Shown here: positions 41,280-53,133 of the stretch, in pieces
Layout: each line of letters starts with the position of its first letter
How positions within the stretch are numbered: position 1 is the stretch's first letter
Assembly: GCA_965197745.1 (NCBI GenBank)
Contig: CBDANS010000004.1
Coordinates: 1-64,000 of the forward strand
Reading direction: 5' to 3'
Source: Opitutales bacterium
GTDB taxonomy: Bacteria > Verrucomicrobiota > Verrucomicrobiia > Opitutales > PNEW01
Length of the DNA: 64,000 nucleotides
Notes under the pieces: model-generated
Seen by the model: the letters and a program-made list of their open reading frames with translations, nothing else
Told to the model about the DNA's origin: nothing
Databases searched by the model: none
Position numbers and translations under genes: made by a program

Positions 41280-41741
41280 TCATATTATCTTCTTCTCGTA
41301 GAAGATACAATCAAATCCTTCAATTATTCCTCGATGAACTTCAGTATAATCGTGTTGTTCATATAGTCTTTGAGCTGGGGTTTGTTTAACAGTTGTGTCA
41401 AGGTGCAGTATCTGATAACCAAGTTCCTTTGCTCGACGTTCAAGCTCTTTAAGAATGGCCTGACCAAATCCTTGTCTTTGATATTCAGGTTTTACGCGCA
41501 TGCGGGTGATTTTGGCTCTAAAATTATCTATTCTTTTCAATGCACCCATAGCGACAATTTCATTATCAATTTCACCTACTAAAAATCCACCGCCATTGTG
41601 TATATATTCCTTTTCTATGTTGTGTAAATCATCGTCCCATGACCCGTTGCCTGCATGTGCTCCTATTTCATTTAAAGCAGTATTATGCAGATTCCAAACC
41701 TCGTCGTGGTCTTCTTTACAGTATGTGCGTAAATGTAACAT
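41280..41741 (-). CDS. GNAT acetyltransferase
   Basis: RMRVKPEYQRQGFG and AQRLYE motifs. Confidence 0.92.
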   Translation of the reverse strand: MLHLRTYCKEDHDEVWNLHNTALNEIGAHAGNGSWDDDLHNIEKEYIHNGGGFLVGEIDNEIVAMGALKRIDNFRAKITRMRVKPEYQRQGFGQAILKELERRAKELGYQILHLDTTVKQTPAQRLYEQHDYTEVHRGIIEGFDCIFYEKKII

Positions 41742-41786
41742 GAGAAGTGATCGAACCCGTTTATTGTATCCGCTTTAGTGAGAGAG

Positions 41787-43008
41787 TGGTCGGGCTAGCC
41801 AAACTGGAGCATCGGAAGAGTTAGTGTAGGGATGCTTAAGTTGAAGTTAAATGTGTAGATCAAGTCAAGGTTTGGGCGCAATGAGGGCGTAGCCCGAGTG
41901 GAGCCCGAGCCTTCGGTATTGAGGTCTTCAGCGAAGTGCCGTGGGGTGGTGTTGCCGAGGCTGCGGTGGGGGCGGACATTATTGTAAAGCCAGCGCTAAT
42001 CCTCAATGACAATGCGTGCTTAGGTTAAAGTCCATAACTGCTCACGGTTTAAGCACTCCTCGCGAAAACGGGTATGCACCGATTCGATGTATCCGTTATG
42101 CCAAGGGCTTGCTGGTTCGATATAGAGGGTTTTGATTTTCATTGCAGCCAGCCAAGCTCTCAATTCGCTTTCTATTAATGGCTTCGCATGTCGTCGCTTT
42201 GCTCCTCGGAACCGATCCAATGTAGCTACGGATATATTGTGGCGGCCTATGACGAGCGAGCAGTTTTTGCATAACCCCGCGGACCGTTTTATCGTGGATA
42301 AAATACCAGCTCCAAACATGGCCGGGATGTTCGGCTTTTGTCTGCAGGCCGGTGGAGACACCCCTGCGTCGGTGTCTTGGCTTGCGTTGGGGGATCGCCA
42401 AACCCAGTTCACGTCGCAGACGTTGCACGAGACGTTTACCCACATGCCAGCCTTCGTCCTTCAACAGCTTCGTGATCTTGGGATAGCTCCACCTGGCATA
42501 TTGCCGTGATAACCGCCTTACTGCCGCCTTCAGTTTCATTAACCAAGCATCCGGATGCTTCGCCTTATATGCATAGGTGCAACGGTGCAGCCGAAAGTAC
42601 CGACACCCCGCTCGCATCGAACACTGGCCCCGAGCCACAAGTCTCTCTGCCACTTGCCGCTTGTGCCCAGGGCTTACAGTTTTTTTTCGAGGGTCTCCTG
42701 CAGGATCTCTATCCCCAGCATCTTGTCCGCCAGCATCCGTTTTAACCGCGCGTTCTCCTTCAAAGAGTTCCTTCATCCGCTTGGCCTGGTCGACATCAAT
42801 CATCCCAAACTCACGCTTCCAGCGGTGGAAAGTCTGTTCGCTAATGTTGTTCTCGCGGCATGCTTCCAGGATCGTTTTCCCTTTGTCCGCCTCCCGCAGC
42901 ATCCGTATTTTCTCTTCAGTTGTGTATCTTTTGCCTTTCATTGTCTGAGTCCTTTCTAGGTTACCCAGACTAACTTTTCAAGTGTACCAGTTTTCGTGGT
43001 CACGACCA
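41787..43008 (-). mobile_element. IS3-family element, degenerate (copies at 51500-52821 and 58570-59910)
   Basis: IRL TGGTCGTGACCACGAAAACTGG, orfA MKGKRYTTEEKI, orfB with frameshifts and a deletion. Confidence 0.92.
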
Positions 43009-43362
43009 ACACCACTTATTGAATTTAATGGATGTTTTTCTGTTTCTCATTTTCGTTAAAGGTATAAGAGAGTTTTACAACATTCCCAAGATCTTTCACC
43101 TGCTAGTTAACCTCTTCATAAGATTAATTAGTTCAACATTCGTTAAGCAAAAATCTAACCATAAGATCTAATGCCACCATCTATGTTGATAGTCGGGCTA
43201 TTGATTCTTGTAGAGTGGCTGTATCTCGTTAATTTTCACTCATGAGTTTTTAGTTTTTTTAACCTTTTTATGTAATTACTATTAATGGTTATTTAAATTT
43301 CAATAAAAGATAGCCTCATCAATCAGAAAATAGCTAATGAGTAAGAAAAACCAACCATACGA

Positions 43363-45351
43363 ATGATTTTATATGATCGAATACTTTTAATCGCATCAAT
43401 CCTATGTATATCGCATTATGTTCACGCACATAATGCGTCCTTTCCTTTGCCTGATTATAAGATTCATGAATATCCTTTTAACATGGTAGGGAGAGTTGCC
43501 AGAGGAGATACCTACGATTCCTATTCTATTAGTTCAGGCGTGGCAATATCGCAAAAGGTTGTTCTCTCGGCAGCACATATTTTTTTCAATAGGTCGACTT
43601 TGGATTGGGATACGGGCTTTTATAAATGGAAGGTCCGCTATACTCCAGCCGATTTATATATTGATAAGATCGCGCGATCTTACCGCTATTTTGACGACTA
43701 TGCTTTAGCCAGACGTAATGACCAATTTGATGATCCAAGATTATATACATTGGAGCAATTTAATCGCGATGTCATTACTCTCATATTTTATGAAGATGTA
43801 GCCGATGGTGGTTGGGCGGGATGGGGTGCCAATGAAATGACCGATAACTCTGATAAAATGATCGTCGGATACCCTAACCTAGGATATTCCTATTCTGATC
43901 CGAGAAGTGACACAATGCATTCAACCAGTCTTGATGGAAGTCCTGCTAGATATAAGTTTGTAAACTACAATGACAGATTTGGTTCTAGAAGTCGACTTTA
44001 TGAAACCTACGATTTGTCTTCCGGTCCGGGTAATAGTGGGGGTCCGGTATTCGGGCTAATTAGATTTGCGAATAGCACTGTTGATTGGGGTGTAGTGGGT
44101 ATAACTGTAGGTGGATCTACAGGCGAGTCTTCCTTAGCCGTAGGTATTGACCAAGCTGTTTCTGATTTAATCAAAGCATCGGGATCCACTGACGGTTCAA
44201 CTATCTCATCTGATGACCATGCAGATATTCGCGGCGCTGCGACCCCGATAGAACTTAATCGCTCTATTTCAGGCAATTTAGGAATAGAAGGCGATCTTGA
44301 TTATTTTCGGTTTGAAATAAGGAGTGCTGGAACAATAACTGCATTTACAACAGGTGATACCGATACCTTTGGAGAATTACGAAATGATTTAGGAAACATT
44401 ATTACTTCAAATGATGATAATGGTTCAGGGAAAAATTTCTTTATTACCCGGATAGTTGAACCTGGAATATACTACGTCGACATCAGTAATTTCTCCAATA
44501 ATGAAACAGGTCAATATTCTTTTCACGTTGATTTTACTGAAACTCCGGTAGAGGAACCCTCTATAGACAATCACGGAGACTTAGTGCTTGGAGGATTAGG
44601 TCATATAGTTCAAGAGAATATTCAGCACCCCAATGGTAACGTCTTCGACCAAATTTTGCTCACTGGACCATTCATCAAGCTCAAAGCAAAGCAAGGTCAG
44701 ATTACAAGGGTTTCCTTCATGGATGTAAACGATGACATTGTGCAGGTAGAGTTTTCAGGCGCAGGCACCTTTACCGTAACCCTCGATCCGCCTACGTTTC
44801 GACCTGCATCTTTACCTCCACGTTACAACCAAGCAGTGAAATACGTGACGGGCAAACCGAGCATCGTAATCGAAGGGGCGAACTTCAATACTTTCTTCAG
44901 CATATTCACCGTTGGTAGAATCAATTCGGTTAACCAAGCATTGTTCCCCTCTGGACAGGTCTATGATGCACAGGCAAACGTGACCCTAGTCGAAGTGATC
45001 GACTCCACTGGTATGGGTGGTGTGCAGATGGGGAATGCAGTCTTCAGTGGTAGCACGGGTAAAGTCGGCATTGATGCAAGAGGGGTTCCGATCGCGGTAC
45101 GCTTAACCGTAGGTGATATAGATGCAAGTGGCGATGCAGTGCCATACCTCCTGTTCGGTGACGGGTCCTTCACCATAACCGGCTACAACACAGGGTTGCG
45201 GATCGGCGGTGGAGACTTATTGCAGTCCAACGGGGTTCCCATTGTAACAGCACCCAATTGGGATGGTCTAACTTCATCATTCAATTACAAATCTGATGGG
45301 ACCGAATTACCAGTTCAGGATATCAAAGCTACTTGGGATTTCATTGATTGA
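43363..45351 (+). CDS. Secreted trypsin-like serine protease + PPC-like domain + shared C-terminal domain
   Basis: LSAAH, RDV and GNSGGP triad; DDH...DLDYFRF...DDNGSG; ENIQHPNGNVFDQILLTG. Confidence 0.9.
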   Translation: MILYDRILLIASILCISHYVHAHNASFPLPDYKIHEYPFNMVGRVARGDTYDSYSISSGVAISQKVVLSAAHIFFNRSTLDWDTGFYKWKVRYTPADLYIDKIARSYRYFDDYALARRNDQFDDPRLYTLEQFNRDVITLIFYEDVADGGWAGWGANEMTDNSDKMIVGYPNLGYSYSDPRSDTMHSTSLDGSPARYKFVNYNDRFGSRSRLYETYDLSSGPGNSGGPVFGLIRFANSTVDWGVVGITVGGSTGESSLAVGIDQAVSDLIKASGSTDGSTISSDDHADIRGAATPIELNRSISGNLGIEGDLDYFRFEIRSAGTITAFTTGDTDTFGELRNDLGNIITSNDDNGSGKNFFITRIVEPGIYYVDISNFSNNETGQYSFHVDFTETPVEEPSIDNHGDLVLGGLGHIVQENIQHPNGNVFDQILLTGPFIKLKAKQGQITRVSFMDVNDDIVQVEFSGAGTFTVTLDPPTFRPASLPPRYNQAVKYVTGKPSIVIEGANFNTFFSIFTVGRINSVNQALFPSGQVYDAQANVTLVEVIDSTGMGGVQMGNAVFSGSTGKVGIDARGVPIAVRLTVGDIDASGDAVPYLLFGDGSFTITGYNTGLRIGGGDLLQSNGVPIVTAPNWDGLTSSFNYKSDGTELPVQDIKATWDFID

Positions 45352-45500
45352 AACAAAGGTGAGTAATGGCCAGCTTAGTCCAGCCGACTATTACTCACCT
45401 TTGTTTGTGGATTTGTAGCAATACAAATTTTAATGACATACAAACAAGTCTTGCTTAGAAGGCTAAAGATTATGATAGGGGCTATGAGTTCTGGGGGGAA

Positions 45501-46238
45501 ATGCTATATCTAGCACAAAAATATATAAAGACCGTTGTTAAATTTTGTTTATGGGATTTATGTGAACCAATAGGTTACGAGTGGTTAAGCGATGCTATGC
45601 AGGATGAAAAGTATAAGAGCAATATCGTTACCTTAAATCATGATCTTCTATTAGATATTTTTTTAAAAAATGAAGAGATTGCTTACTGTGATGGATTTAA
45701 AATTAATTCAAAAGATAAAGTTAAAATATTTGATCCAAGATGCTTTATAGCAGACGAACCATTTCATCTATTAAAATTGCATGGTTCAATAAATTGGAAA
45801 GCTTATGGGGGGGTTGAACGACATTTAGTTGCAATACCAATGGATGGATTTGAAGAACATAAATTTTTAGATGGTCATGGACCGACAGATAAAATTGTCA
45901 TACTAGCTGGCACTCATAACAAACTTGAGGATTACTCTTACAGTATTTTTAGTGATTTGGTTGCTGAATATACACGGTTACTTTGGACTACTGATTATGT
46001 AATAATATGTGGATATGGATTTGGTGACAGAGGAATAAATTCACGTCTTTCAAACTGGTTAAGACTTGATAGTAAGAACCAGATACTAGTGATACACCCT
46101 AAAGGAGAAAAATTGAAGGATAATATAAAATACCCTCATGCAGCTGAGTTATTAAAACTAATAGATCCTAATCGAATACATTTTGAGGAAAAGAATTTTG
46201 AGGATATCCAATGGGATGAAGTTAAAAAACTCATTTAA
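45501..46238 (+). CDS. SIR2-like domain protein, N-terminally truncated
   Basis: TLNHDLLL, KLHGSINW, GYGFGDRGIN; the N-terminal GAG motif is absent. Confidence 0.75.
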   Translation: MLYLAQKYIKTVVKFCLWDLCEPIGYEWLSDAMQDEKYKSNIVTLNHDLLLDIFLKNEEIAYCDGFKINSKDKVKIFDPRCFIADEPFHLLKLHGSINWKAYGGVERHLVAIPMDGFEEHKFLDGHGPTDKIVILAGTHNKLEDYSYSIFSDLVAEYTRLLWTTDYVIICGYGFGDRGINSRLSNWLRLDSKNQILVIHPKGEKLKDNIKYPHAAELLKLIDPNRIHFEEKNFEDIQWDEVKKLI

Positions 46239-46375
46239 ATGGATAAGTGGAATTCGCATTTTTATTTAACCATGGAGTTAAATGGTCGCCAAAAGGTAGC
46301 GGCGGCAGAGCGAAGGTCAGTTAATAAATCGTATGCTAATTACTTTGCATCGTGGAAAAGTAGGGAACCTCTTAT

Positions 46376-46498
46376 GGAGCCAAATAAAGCAACGAACATT
46401 AGCATAAAAGGACCCATTATGCACCAGGCAGATCAACCAAAACCCTTACCTCTGGCAGACCTAACACTGACTCTGGTACAGTAAACGGGAGCAGGTCA
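46376..46498 (+). mobile_element. Solo IS3-family right-end segment (similar copy ~55109-55229)
   Basis: Ends CTAACACTG.CTCTGGTACAGTA...GGGAGCAGGTCA as at 48849-48887. Confidence 0.8.
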
Positions 46499-46583
46499 TA
46501 ACCCAGTTGGGTATTTCTTTCACCAAGGTCAGTGTCTTGCATATTTTCTTTCATCGCATAGTGGTCAGTGAATAATAACCACC

Positions 46584-47457
46584 TATAACCGTGTCAAATA
46601 ACGTCATAACCGCCGCAAATAAGCGTTTTTAATTTTAATAAGTATAAGATACACTTAATGCACGTATTTAGTATGAAAAAAGGAATGTAAAAATGTCTGT
46701 AATCTTTTCATTTTATAGATAAACAAATAAGTTTAAATTGTTAGTCTTAAATTATAAGGGTATCACTACTGCGGTTCAATTTAATTACCTTTTTTCCCAA
46801 TAGATCGTTCTCCCCATAAGGGTCTTGAAATCTATACTTGCTGATTTCATCTCAGGGTTCCACCTAACATAGACTTTAAAAGGTGATGTTTGATTTGGTA
46901 ATATTGGATTGTAATCGATCAGCGTCGAGTCGGATGTAATAAATTTTTTCTGTGCAGTATAAAATTGCGCTACTGCCTGAACATTTTTAAGAGACTGCGA
47001 AGATATATTCTTTACTTGCCCTTCTACAATCGCGTAATCACGTTTATTATGCCAAGACCAGTCAAGTAATAGGAGCTGCGATTCTACCTTTGGTTTAGGG
47101 CTCGGTGCTGGTGATGATTTTACTGAACTACTACTGTCTGACGCCGTGGTTGAAGGAGTGCTTGTCGTGTCTGGAATCGAAGTGGATCCAATATAGCCAA
47201 TTATAATAAAACCAAGAACTACTAAAAGAAGGCATCCACCCAATGACGATTTTTTAACTTTTGCCCCACAATTTGGGCAAACCTCAGCATTCTTACTGAT
47301 TTCGTGGCCACACTCTTTACAATTTACTAGAGCCATCGTTATTCTCTATATTTAGATTGAAAATTTGGTCAATGACTTAAGTTCACAAAATAATCGCTAG
47401 ATATTATATATAACCGTGTCAAATAACGTCATAACCTCCGCAAATAGACGTTTTTAA
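46584..47457. repeat. 49-bp direct repeats (46584-46632, 47409-47457) flanking one gene
   Basis: TATAACCGTGTCAAATAACGTCATAACC.CCGCAAATA..CGTTTTTAA twice. Confidence 0.9.
46785..47336 (-). CDS. Zinc-ribbon + TM + FxLYD-like domain protein
   Basis: CKEC...CPNCG, TM helix, Ser/Thr/Pro linker, VEGQVKN...AQFYT...ILPNQTSPF. Confidence 0.85.
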   Translation of the reverse strand: MALVNCKECGHEISKNAEVCPNCGAKVKKSSLGGCLLLVVLGFIIIGYIGSTSIPDTTSTPSTTASDSSSSVKSSPAPSPKPKVESQLLLLDWSWHNKRDYAIVEGQVKNISSQSLKNVQAVAQFYTAQKKFITSDSTLIDYNPILPNQTSPFKVYVRWNPEMKSASIDFKTLMGRTIYWEKR

Positions 47458-47628
47458 AGGGAGGGGCAGTGGTCGGGTTACGCAAACTGGTCCACCGGGA
47501 GAGTTAGTCTGGAGAGGTTAATGTTGAAGTTAAGTTGGTAGAGGAAGTCAAGGCTTGGGTGGAATGAGGGCGTAGCCCGAACGTAGCCAAGATCTCTCCA
47601 ATACATCAATCCTAAAACTATTAACACC

Positions 47629-48887
47629 TGACCTGTCCCCGTAAAACTGGACCAGCAAAGATTTAGTCTGGCATGGGTGAAAAACCTAATATAAGATAGG
47701 AGAAAGAACCACCCATGAAAAGCAAAGGCAAACGTTATAATAAAGAACAAATCATCTATGCCCTAAGGCAGGTAGAAGGCGGTCGAAGGATTGCCGAAGT
47801 GTGCCGAGAGTTAGGCGTAAGCGAACAGACCTACCATCGTTGGAAGGGTAAATACGCGGGCCTGGGAATAAGCGAATTAAGACGACTGAAGCAACTCGAC
47901 GAAGAGAACGCGAGTTTGAAGAAGCTGGTAGCTGATCTGAGCCTGGACAAGCACATGCTGCAGGAAGTTATCGCAAAAAAATTATAAAGCCTGTGCGCAA
48001 GAAGGCGATTACTGACTGGTTAGTGGAAGCTTATGCGGTTAGCAAACGCCGGGCGTGCAGGCTGATGCAGTTGTATTGGTCGAGTTATAACTACCAGCCG
48101 GTGAAGAAGGACGAACGTGCGCTGACCATGCGCATCCGTGACCTCGCCGCCGCCGCGCGTGCGCTACGGGTATCGGCGAATCACGGTGTTATTAAAGCGG
48201 GAAGGCTGGACGGTAGGAAAGAAACGCGTTTATCGTATCTACAAGGCCGAAGGGCTGGAAGTGCGCACGAAGAAACGAAAGAAGCGTGCCGCGCAAAGGC
48301 GGGTGTCACTGCCCGCGGCATCAGCTGCCCAGGAGCGCTGGTCGATGGACTTTATGAGCGATCGGCTGACCAACGGCCGCCCCTTCCGCATACTCACCGT
48401 TATCGATCAATACACCCGAGCTTGCCCACTGCTTTTGGTCGATACGTCCATCGGTGGGCACAAAGTCGCTGCAGCACTTATGAAAGCCGCTGCAGGAATC
48501 GGTCTTCCCCAAACCATTACCGTCGATAATGGTCCCGAGTTTGCCGGCAAAGTACTCGATGAATGGGCTTATGGCCATGGCATCAAGCTGGATTTTATCC
48601 GGCCAGGCAGACCCGTAGAGAATGGTTATATTGAGAGCTTCAATGGACGCTTACGAGATGAACTTCTTAACACCGAGCTATTTTGTACGCTCGCTGAAGC
48701 GAAAGAAAAACTTGAAGCCTGGCGGCTTGATTATAATACTCAAAGACCATACTCAAAGACCACACAGTTCTCTGGGCTATCGGCCTCCGGCCGAATACGC
48801 CCAGAGAGCCATGTCTAAGAAAATTAAAACCCATACCACCCTGCCGGAACTAACACTGGCTCTGGTACAGTAAACGGGAGCAGGTCA
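47629..48887 (+). mobile_element. IS3-family (IS407-like) element, full length; orfA 47715-47987, orfB frameshifted
   Basis: IRs TGACCTGTCCCCGTAAAACTGGACCA / [45 protein letters not shown]. Confidence 0.95.
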
Positions 48888-49208
48888 CAGAGAACGGCTT
48901 TGATTGTATTAACATCTTGACAACTTAACTACATAATTTCCTATTTTTTATTACCACTACATTTTTTATAATACTGATTTGGTTATCAGTAGCATTATCA
49001 CAATTAAGGGACATTAATAAATAAGATAATATAAAAGAAATAAATAATGGTGCGCCTAATAATTCTACGGAGAAGCAGTCTATTTAGGATTCATAAAATG
49101 TAAAACCTAATGATTTAACTTTTAATTTTGATAGAATATAGCATCAAGAACTTCTAAGTGTAAGAAACCAGAAATATAGATATTAAGTATCTTAAAAAAA
49201 AGGAGACG

Positions 49209-50288
49209 GTGATGCCTATTTGGAAAATAACCGAAAAGGGACCAACTAAAATCCCCGAGACTCGTATAAAGGAAGAAAATTTACTTGAAAAACATATTGA
49301 GGATTGGATTGTTTCAGATCCTACGTTGTTAGGTGAATATCTTTTTTTAATTGGTCGACAGGTATTAATTCCAGACACCAAAGATAAATTAGATTTATTG
49401 GCATTAGATCCTTATGGAAATGCTGTAATCATAGAACTTAAACGTGGTCATCTTAAGGACCTTGTAGATGTTCAATCACTTCGTTATGCTAGTTATATAT
49501 CGAAATGGCAATTTGAGGATTTCGAGAATCAGGCACGAATATTCCTCAAAAAAATTGGTGACCCAGAGTTCAATTTTAATTCTCTATATGAGGAGTTTTG
49601 CAATAATTCAGTAGGAGATGAGATTCCAAATATAAACCAAGATCAACGGCTCATCATTGTAGGATCTTCTGTTCGAGAAAAACTTGGCACGGTTGCGCTT
49701 TGGCTTAGAGAACACAGCGTTGATATTTCCGTCATAGAAGTTCACGCATTTAAGCAACCTGATGGATTATTAATTCAACCTACTGTAATTGTTCCACATC
49801 CTGTAAAAAGATTTTCAGAAACAGGAAAAACTAGACCTAAAGGCACCCCTTGGTTAGTAGATGGTAAGGAGTGGCATCTAGAAAAGCGATGCAGTCCAAA
49901 CACTAAAGAAATGTTTCTTAAACTTGATAAAACTCTTCAAGATAATTTTGAATTTGACGGACCTCAATGGAACCAAAAGTATTATGTTTCTTATAGGGTT
50001 AATAACTATAATTGGCTCTCGGTTAATACAAACCCGGGTATTCTTCGCCTCAATTTTCTTCTTAAACCTGGAAAATTCGATGTAAATGAAATTGCAAATA
50101 GACTGGGAATAGCGAAATTCGATAAAGAATCATTTTCGGAAAAGATTAATCTGCCTAGTTCTGTACTAATACAAAGTTTGAATGATAGTACTGATCGTAT
50201 AATAATTCGCATAAAGGAAGGTTTCGATATAGAATCAGAAACGTTTCGTAACTTTCTTGACGATGCATACAAAGCATTTTCAAAATGA
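49209..50288 (+). CDS. NucS/EndoMS-like PD-(D/E)XK nuclease with an additional C-terminal domain
   Basis: E..IEDWI...IGRQ...LDLLALD...IIELKR...QSLRYA. Confidence 0.8.
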   Translation: MMPIWKITEKGPTKIPETRIKEENLLEKHIEDWIVSDPTLLGEYLFLIGRQVLIPDTKDKLDLLALDPYGNAVIIELKRGHLKDLVDVQSLRYASYISKWQFEDFENQARIFLKKIGDPEFNFNSLYEEFCNNSVGDEIPNINQDQRLIIVGSSVREKLGTVALWLREHSVDISVIEVHAFKQPDGLLIQPTVIVPHPVKRFSETGKTRPKGTPWLVDGKEWHLEKRCSPNTKEMFLKLDKTLQDNFEFDGPQWNQKYYVSYRVNNYNWLSVNTNPGILRLNFLLKPGKFDVNEIANRLGIAKFDKESFSEKINLPSSVLIQSLNDSTDRIIIRIKEGFDIESETFRNFLDDAYKAFSK

Positions 50289-50746
50289 TCTTTGTAAATA
50301 ATCGGAGTAAATTTTAAATTTTCTATAGCGAATATTAGTTACTAATATTGACTCTCCTGTTAATTGAGGTTGTTAGAAAACATTATTATTTTTATTTGCT
50401 AAGACAAGCTGAGCAAATTAAAGGTTATCACGTCTCTATTCAGCTAGAACTTTCACCCTAGTACTCACTTATGCAAATAATCCAATCTATGAATGTACTC
50501 TCAGCTCAGCGGTACTGAAGGTACAGCGATTTTTTCAGTTACAACTTTAGAGAAGATGATAGAGTAAATATTAATCTTTAATATTTACCTACAACATTGT
50601 TGATTGTTATGCTAGCTCTCAAATAGTTCAGCGAGTTCAGGTGGATTATTCACACGGACATTAGAGGACTATATACAGTATTACGACGATGTATAAAACA
50701 ATAAGTTAAGTGGACTTAATATTAAGCAATTCAACACTCGTAATCC

Positions 50747-51292
50747 ATGCAAACTCCAGGTGAAGAACTTGTCGGTGAATATTTGCTTCACATCCGAATG
50801 TGCGAGTTCGTTCAATACAATTTGAAGACTCCCGAAATTCAGGGCGAAATCGATGTAATCGGAATTGACTTGTCAAATCGCATATTATACGTATGCGAGG
50901 TCGCGACTCACTTAGTTACCGGATTACAATACGTCAAAAATAAACGACCGGACAATGTTGATCGCTTTGTGAAAAAATTTACAAAGGACATTAGTTACGC
51001 TCGGCAAGCGTTTTCAAATTATCAACACGTTTTCATGCTTTGGTCACCGATTGTAAAGAAGCAAACTAATGAGCGATACGACCAAATGGCGCATATACAC
51101 AAAATACACGATATACTCCAACAACAGTTTGACGTCGACTTGCAATTAGTTATCAACAACCAATTTCAAAAGTGTATTGATGAACTGAGATCATTTGCAC
51201 AAAAGCAAAGTGCAGCATTAACATCTCCAATAATGCGTCTGATGCAAATTGAAGAACACTTGAATGTTCACTTACAAAAATATTCTACATAA
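50747..51292 (+). CDS. Restriction-endonuclease-like (PD-(D/E)XK) protein
   Basis: GEELVGEYL...GEIDVIGID...YVCEVATH. Confidence 0.65.
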   Translation: MQTPGEELVGEYLLHIRMCEFVQYNLKTPEIQGEIDVIGIDLSNRILYVCEVATHLVTGLQYVKNKRPDNVDRFVKKFTKDISYARQAFSNYQHVFMLWSPIVKKQTNERYDQMAHIHKIHDILQQQFDVDLQLVINNQFQKCIDELRSFAQKQSAALTSPIMRLMQIEEHLNVHLQKYST

Positions 51293-51499
51293 CATATGAT
51301 GTCTTAGAATAGAAAATCAACGCAAAGTTGTTAGACGCAAATCGTAAATGAACGAGTATAATAGCATCTATGTTCGATGTAACTGAATTCATTGATATTA
51401 TAGTAGCCGAGGTCAATGATACAGCTTCTAAATTCACGGATCTTAAGAGACAGATTGTTATTGATTATCAGATCCCATTCTTTGGCAGAATCGACAAGG

Positions 51500-52821
51500 T
51501 GGCCAGGTTACACAAACTGGTCCACTGGGAGAGTTAGTCTGGAGAGGTTAATGTTGAAGTTAAGTGGGTAGAGGAAGTCAAGGCTTGGGTGCAATGAGGG
51601 CGCAGCCCGAATGGAGCCCAAGCCTTCGGTATTAATGTCTTCAGCGAAGCACCGTGGGGTGATATTGCCGAGGCTGCGGTGGGGTCGGACATTATTGTAA
51701 AGCCAGCGCCAGTCCTCGATCACCACGCGGGCTTCGGTCAAAGTCCATAGCTGTTCACGGTTTAAACACTCCTCGCGGAAACGAGCGTGAAACGATTCGA
51801 TGTATTATCCGTTCTGCCAAGGGCTTGCTGGTTGGAAATAGAAGGGTTTTGATTTTCATCGCAGCCAGCCAAGCTCTCAATTCGCTTTCAATAAATGGCT
51901 TCGCATGTCGTCGCTTCGCTCCTCGGAACCGATCCATTGTCGCTACGGATATATTGTGGCGGCCCATGCCAGTCGAGCAGTTTTTGCATGATACCACGGA
52001 CCGTCTGCGCATTGATATGGCGATCAACATGGATCACCCGGCACTCGCGGGTGTACTCATCGAGCACGGGCAGCATTTTTAGACTGCCACGGCGGAGCGT
52101 CTTATCGTGGATAAAATCCCAGGTCCAAACATGGCCGGGATGTTCGGCCTTTGTCTGCAGCCCGGTGCAGACACCCCGGCGCCGGCGTCTTCGCTTGCAC
52201 AGGGCCGATCGCCAGGCCTAGTTCACCTCGCAGACCTTGTACGAGCCGTTTACCTACTTGCCAGCCTTCGTGCTTGAACAACTTCGTGATCTTCGGATAG
52301 CCCCAACTGGCGTATTGCCGTGATAAGCGCCTTACTGGCCCCTTCAGTTTCGTTAGCCAAGCATCCGCATGCCTTGGCCCGATACGTATAGGGGAACGGT
52401 GCAACTGAAAGTATCGGCTCGCTGCACGCATCGAACACTGGCCCTCAGCCACAAGTCTCTCTGCCACTTGCCGCTTGTGCCCAGGGCTTACAGTTTTTTT
52501 TCGAGGGTCTCCTGCAGAATCTCTATCCCCAGCAGCTTGTCCGCCAGCATCCGCTTTAACCGCGCGTTCTCCTTCTCGAGTTCCTTCATCCGCTTGGCCT
52601 GGTTGGCATCAATCATCCCAAACTCACGTTTCCAGCGGTGGAAGGTCTGTTCGCTTATGTTGTTCTCGCGGCATACTTCAAGGATCGTTTTCCCTTTGTC
52701 TGCCTGCCGCAGCATCCGTATCTTCTCTTCGGTTGTATATCTTTTGCCTTTCATTGTCTGAGTCCTTTCTAGGTGTCCCAGACTTACTTTTCAAGTGGAC
52801 CAGTTTTCGTGGTCACGACCA
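51500..52821 (-). mobile_element. IS3-family element, degenerate (orfA 52488-52754 intact)
   Basis: Same ends and ORFs as 41787-43008. Confidence 0.93.
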
Positions 52822-53133
52822 ACTCTAACTTATTTGGGGGAAATATTCCCATGATTACCTAATGACTATTAAAGGTGCAGTTGATACTGACTAAGATAAT
52901 TCTTAGATATTTGTATCTATCAAAATACTAGAATTCTTAATACAAAGCTAGAAATATTCGGATATGAAATTAAAGAGAGATTTAACCCAATTCAGATAAA
53001 TTTAATTAAATCTAATACTGTATTATTATGGGTCGTAAGTATTTCCCATTTGTACTCGAAAAAAAATGACAGAAGCGATTAAAATTCATGTTGTGCTAGC
53101 CGTTTATTAATATACTTTGGATTAATTATCATT

